This document shows positions 25,163 through 27,730 of a stretch of 27,730 bases of DNA, piece by piece. The translations under genes and the position numbers were made by a program. The DNA is from an uncultured archaeon. Lineage in GTDB: Archaea; Asgardarchaeota; Thorarchaeia; Thorarchaeales; Thorarchaeaceae. Location of the stretch: the NCBI GenBank assembly GCA_964590575.1, contig CAZPWM010000036.1:1-27730 (forward strand). Reading direction: 5' to 3'. The notes beneath the pieces are model-generated. The model was not told the origin of the DNA and made no database searches. It worked only from the letters and a program-made list of their open reading frames with translations. Each line of letters begins with the position of its first letter. Positions within the stretch are counted from its first letter, which is position 1.

Positions 25163-25191
25163 AATGGAGCCCCACAAGCTCCATTTTTTTT
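25163..25191 (+). terminator. Hairpin plus T-tract after the RHH gene
   Basis: AATGGAGC-CCCACAA-GCTCCATT running into TTTTTTTT. Confidence 0.7.
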
Positions 25192-25289
25192 ACAACCATC
25201 CTAGATTCATTCAAATGTGAACTACATGTCAGCGGATTGTTAGCAGGTCTCCTGTGTTGGGGGGAGCTAACTGTAGAAGAAACTTTGAT

Positions 25290-25319
25290 ATTATTTCATA
25301 TTCATGAATATGTGATAAT
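25290..25319. promoter_or_regulatory. Near-perfect 30-bp palindrome (candidate operator)
   Basis: ATTAT-TT-CATATTCA|TGAATATG-TG-ATAAT; 16-bp perfect core at 25297-25312, about 60 nt upstream of the tandem genes. Confidence 0.45.
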
Positions 25320-25377
25320 TAATCAATTCCTGATTACAACTAGGAGTATCACCAAAATCCATCCAGAGGCGTCTTGA

Positions 25378-26337
25378 GTGAATATAGATCCAAGCGTATT
25401 ATCAGATTCTTCAGATGTTCCTAGTCGTCTTGTTAGAGGCTGCCCATGTTATCGTGAATTTGGCAATGAGAAAGTCTGTTTAAATAATGACAATGTCTTT
25501 CCGATCAATGCAATCTCCGTAGACCCGAGTTTCTTCAATCAACTCGATTCTCGTCATCATCTAAAGGAATTTGGCAGCGATAACAATAGTATGTGCTACC
25601 TCCTGATCTTTCTCGATAGAGAGGGAGGGTTGTGTTACTGTGTGAGTCAGAATCAGCGAATTCGTATTAATGATAAAGATGTTAAAGTGTCTGAGATTGA
25701 TAGCGCTTTGCAGTTCGTTACTTCCTCTGAAAAGAGCAGAGATGGTGTTCTTTGTTCTGATTGTCTGTATAGGTATCTCCGGACTTTAGGTGAGAGTTCA
25801 GAAGGTTTTCTGACAGACGATGAAAGACAAGAAATCATCGCGAAATACGTTCGCGAATTAGCAACAAATATGGCGATACAACTTAGTGGGTTCAAAGTAA
25901 GTGAAGACCCCTCTGATTTCAATGACCACTTATGGAGATACCTCAGAGAAATTAACAGAAGCCGCTCTCACTGGACATCGATGCTTCTCAACTTGAAGAG
26001 AGCTGGAGTAGAGGAAGATCTGATTGAGTTGATAGACGCCTATACTACTCTTGCACGTCTGGAGTCCGTATTCCTGTTTCAAGTCTTATCTCTTGATGAT
26101 CCATCCGATGAAACAGATCCACTCAGTATTCTTCGGTTCATGGTAGGAGTTTCTGAGAAAGTCGTCACTGTTAACGATTTAATTCGTGAAAAAACCAACA
26201 GTCTCACTGAGCGAGATGCTTTGCCAGCAAACATCAGAGAGATGCTTTCTCAGCATTCAGAAGCCAGAAAAACAACAGAATACAAGTTCAGTAATCTTGT
26301 ATCTGCACTTCACAATATTGATACACATACTGTATAA
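25378..26337 (+). CDS. Hypothetical Cys-rich protein, tandem paralogue A
   Basis: 319-aa ORF aligning by eye along its length with the next ORF (LVRGCPCY, KxCxNND, DPS, YCxSQ, CSxCLY, LARLE). Confidence 0.85.
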   Translation: MNIDPSVLSDSSDVPSRLVRGCPCYREFGNEKVCLNNDNVFPINAISVDPSFFNQLDSRHHLKEFGSDNNSMCYLLIFLDREGGLCYCVSQNQRIRINDKDVKVSEIDSALQFVTSSEKSRDGVLCSDCLYRYLRTLGESSEGFLTDDERQEIIAKYVRELATNMAIQLSGFKVSEDPSDFNDHLWRYLREINRSRSHWTSMLLNLKRAGVEEDLIELIDAYTTLARLESVFLFQVLSLDDPSDETDPLSILRFMVGVSEKVVTVNDLIREKTNSLTERDALPANIREMLSQHSEARKTTEYKFSNLVSALHNIDTHTV

Positions 26338-26424
26338 TAACTACTAAATGGCCACTTGTAATAATCAGGAGCTATCCTGTCGAGCGTTTTGAGAGAACGC
26401 AAGCTTGAGTTGGAGAAAAGGAAC

Positions 26425-27405
26425 ATGTTTGGCACCAGCAAGCCGGAGCAAGCATCAAGTATCAAGCTCGTTAGAGGGTGTCCGTGCTACAAAGTGTTTG
26501 GTGCAGGTTCCAATTCAGAGAAACTCTGTGTTAACAATGACAGTGTTCTAGAGATTGAGGCAATCGAAATAGATCCATCTATTTTCTCCTTCCACTACGA
26601 CAAGGACAGTATGGAGGAAGAACAGGCATCTGAGGGTAATGTATGCTATGCATCAATCTACATCAACTATCCAAACAATAAGGTCTATTGTATCTCTCAG
26701 GGATGGGTTTTGAGGATACATGGCAAAGATGTGCCAGGAAACGACCTAGAGGATGCAATGCAGTTTTTGTCAACAAAGGAAATCTCAAGTAGTGCAGAGA
26801 TATGTTCGGAATGCCTCTATAAATTCATTTTGACATTAGGCGACACTTTTGCTGATGCACTAACAGAGAGAGAAAAAACTGAAGAAGTGAAGAGATACGT
26901 AGACAAGTTCTCTCTTATGATTGCAGTGAAGCACAGTCAGACTGACCAAATGATGGAACCTATCGGTACAGAAGAGGATATCGAGGACGGTGTCGATCAT
27001 TTTCAGTTCCTTCGAAACTACTTGGTTCAGCTTCTCGATCAACAAAACTATTGGAATAGACTCGTTCAAGAACTGAAAGAGGAAAATGCGAACGACTGGA
27101 TCCTAAATCTAATTTCAATGAGGGAAAAGTTAGCTAGGTTGGAGTTCCAATTCTATAGCCAAACTCTACAACTAAGAGATATCAATGAGTTCCATATGCT
27201 CATAAAGGTGCTTCAATATGTTCTGAAATCATCAGATGAGATAATTGGACTAAATGAGTTAATTCATTCAGAAATAAGATCAGAAAGATTCCGCCAGCTC
27301 ATTGAGTTGGATGACAGATTGGATCCCCTTGCAGGATATGCTGAAAAGAGTCGGACTATTGAACATAATTTTGGGAACATCTTGCAGATTCTAACCAAGT
27401 TGTAG
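26425..27405 (+). CDS. Hypothetical Cys-rich protein, tandem paralogue B
   Basis: Same motifs as paralogue A; ATG 26425 matches paralogue A's N-terminal length better than TTG 26389. Confidence 0.85.
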   Translation: MFGTSKPEQASSIKLVRGCPCYKVFGAGSNSEKLCVNNDSVLEIEAIEIDPSIFSFHYDKDSMEEEQASEGNVCYASIYINYPNNKVYCISQGWVLRIHGKDVPGNDLEDAMQFLSTKEISSSAEICSECLYKFILTLGDTFADALTEREKTEEVKRYVDKFSLMIAVKHSQTDQMMEPIGTEEDIEDGVDHFQFLRNYLVQLLDQQNYWNRLVQELKEENANDWILNLISMREKLARLEFQFYSQTLQLRDINEFHMLIKVLQYVLKSSDEIIGLNELIHSEIRSERFRQLIELDDRLDPLAGYAEKSRTIEHNFGNILQILTKL

Positions 27406-27410
27406 ACCAA

Positions 27411-27730
27411 TTAAACGATAAATCTTTGATCCGAGAGAATAGTATCTATTAGACGTTTGACAGTGGGATTTTCTTCACCCTTATTCCATTCTTCTGCAAA
27501 ATCCTTGTATGATGCAACCGCTTCCAATACAGCATCAGCTAATTCTTTCAAATCCGAGAGATCAATACCAGGTCCACTTCCAAGACCCGGACAGATTTCT
27601 CTTCTGGCGCTGAGCCCCCACGTCTTCTCGTTTCCAACCTCCCAGAATACAAATGGAAAAGACATACACACCATCGGTCGAATTGTATGAATCATACAGA
27701 GATTGTCTTTCAAGAATATACAATCTCCAT
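27411..27730 (-). CDS. YkgJ-family cysteine-cluster protein (3' part; 5' end outside the window)
   Basis: Frame stays open to the window edge: '...GDCIFLKDNLCMIHTIRPMVCMSFPF...CPGLGSG', matching the family's CxFL..C.I...RP..C..FPF motif. Confidence 0.8.
   Translation of the reverse strand, partial: GDCIFLKDNLCMIHTIRPMVCMSFPFVFWEVGNEKTWGLSARREICPGLGSGPGIDLSDLKELADAVLEAVASYKDFAEEWNKGEENPTVKRLIDTILSDQRFIV

Noticed and set aside
25016-27405. Toxin-antitoxin or defence module (RHH plus downstream genes)
   Set aside because: The RHH gene has its own terminator and is 220 nt from the next gene; I see no PIN, RelE, nuclease or NTPase motifs in the downstream proteins.
15833-27690. Remaining short overlapping ORFs in the right half (e.g. 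18567-18911, 19951-20262, 24376-24678, 25653-25922, 27457-27690)
   Set aside because: Antisense or out-of-frame shadows of supported genes.
1-27730. CRISPR arrays, tRNA/rRNA genes, IS elements, integrases
   Set aside because: No regularly spaced repeats, cloverleaf-like segments, terminal inverted repeats or transposase ORFs seen by eye; intergenic gaps are short. A covariance-model scan was not possible.

Overview
Archaeal-looking window (TATA-like boxes, GGAGG/AGGTGA Shine-Dalgarno sites, thiolase+DUF35 pair, fused ADP-forming acetate-CoA ligase). An Asgard/Thorarchaeia-like origin is my inference and cannot be proven from the window. About 24 kb is a mostly minus-strand lipid-metabolism supercluster with three parts: (i) a glycerol-backbone module: divergent GlpA-GlpB-GlpC, an alkyl-DHAP-synthase (AGPS)-like FAD protein with its own CCG-domain Fe-S partner, an MSMEG_0568-type radical SAM protein, a GNAT and a nearby FGGY kinase; (ii) two paralogous beta-oxidation blocks (3 crotonases, 2 HADs, SCP2-type thiolase + DUF35, SCP2 protein) with no acyl-CoA dehydrogenase in the window but an atypical nitroreductase-fold flavoprotein in each block; (iii) an ADP-forming acyl-CoA synthetase with a DRTGG/Pta-N partner. 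A 2[4Fe-4S] ferredoxin missing from the ORF track appears to start at ATC. The right end has a CdrS-like RHH protein, a 30-bp near-palindrome, two tandem Cys-rich paralogues of unknown family and a truncated YkgJ-type gene. I found no rRNA, tRNA, CRISPR array or mobile element. Leading hypotheses, both untested: an anaerobic ether-lipid (alkylglycerol) processing pathway, and nitroreductase-fold enzymes performing the acyl-CoA/enoyl-CoA redox step.
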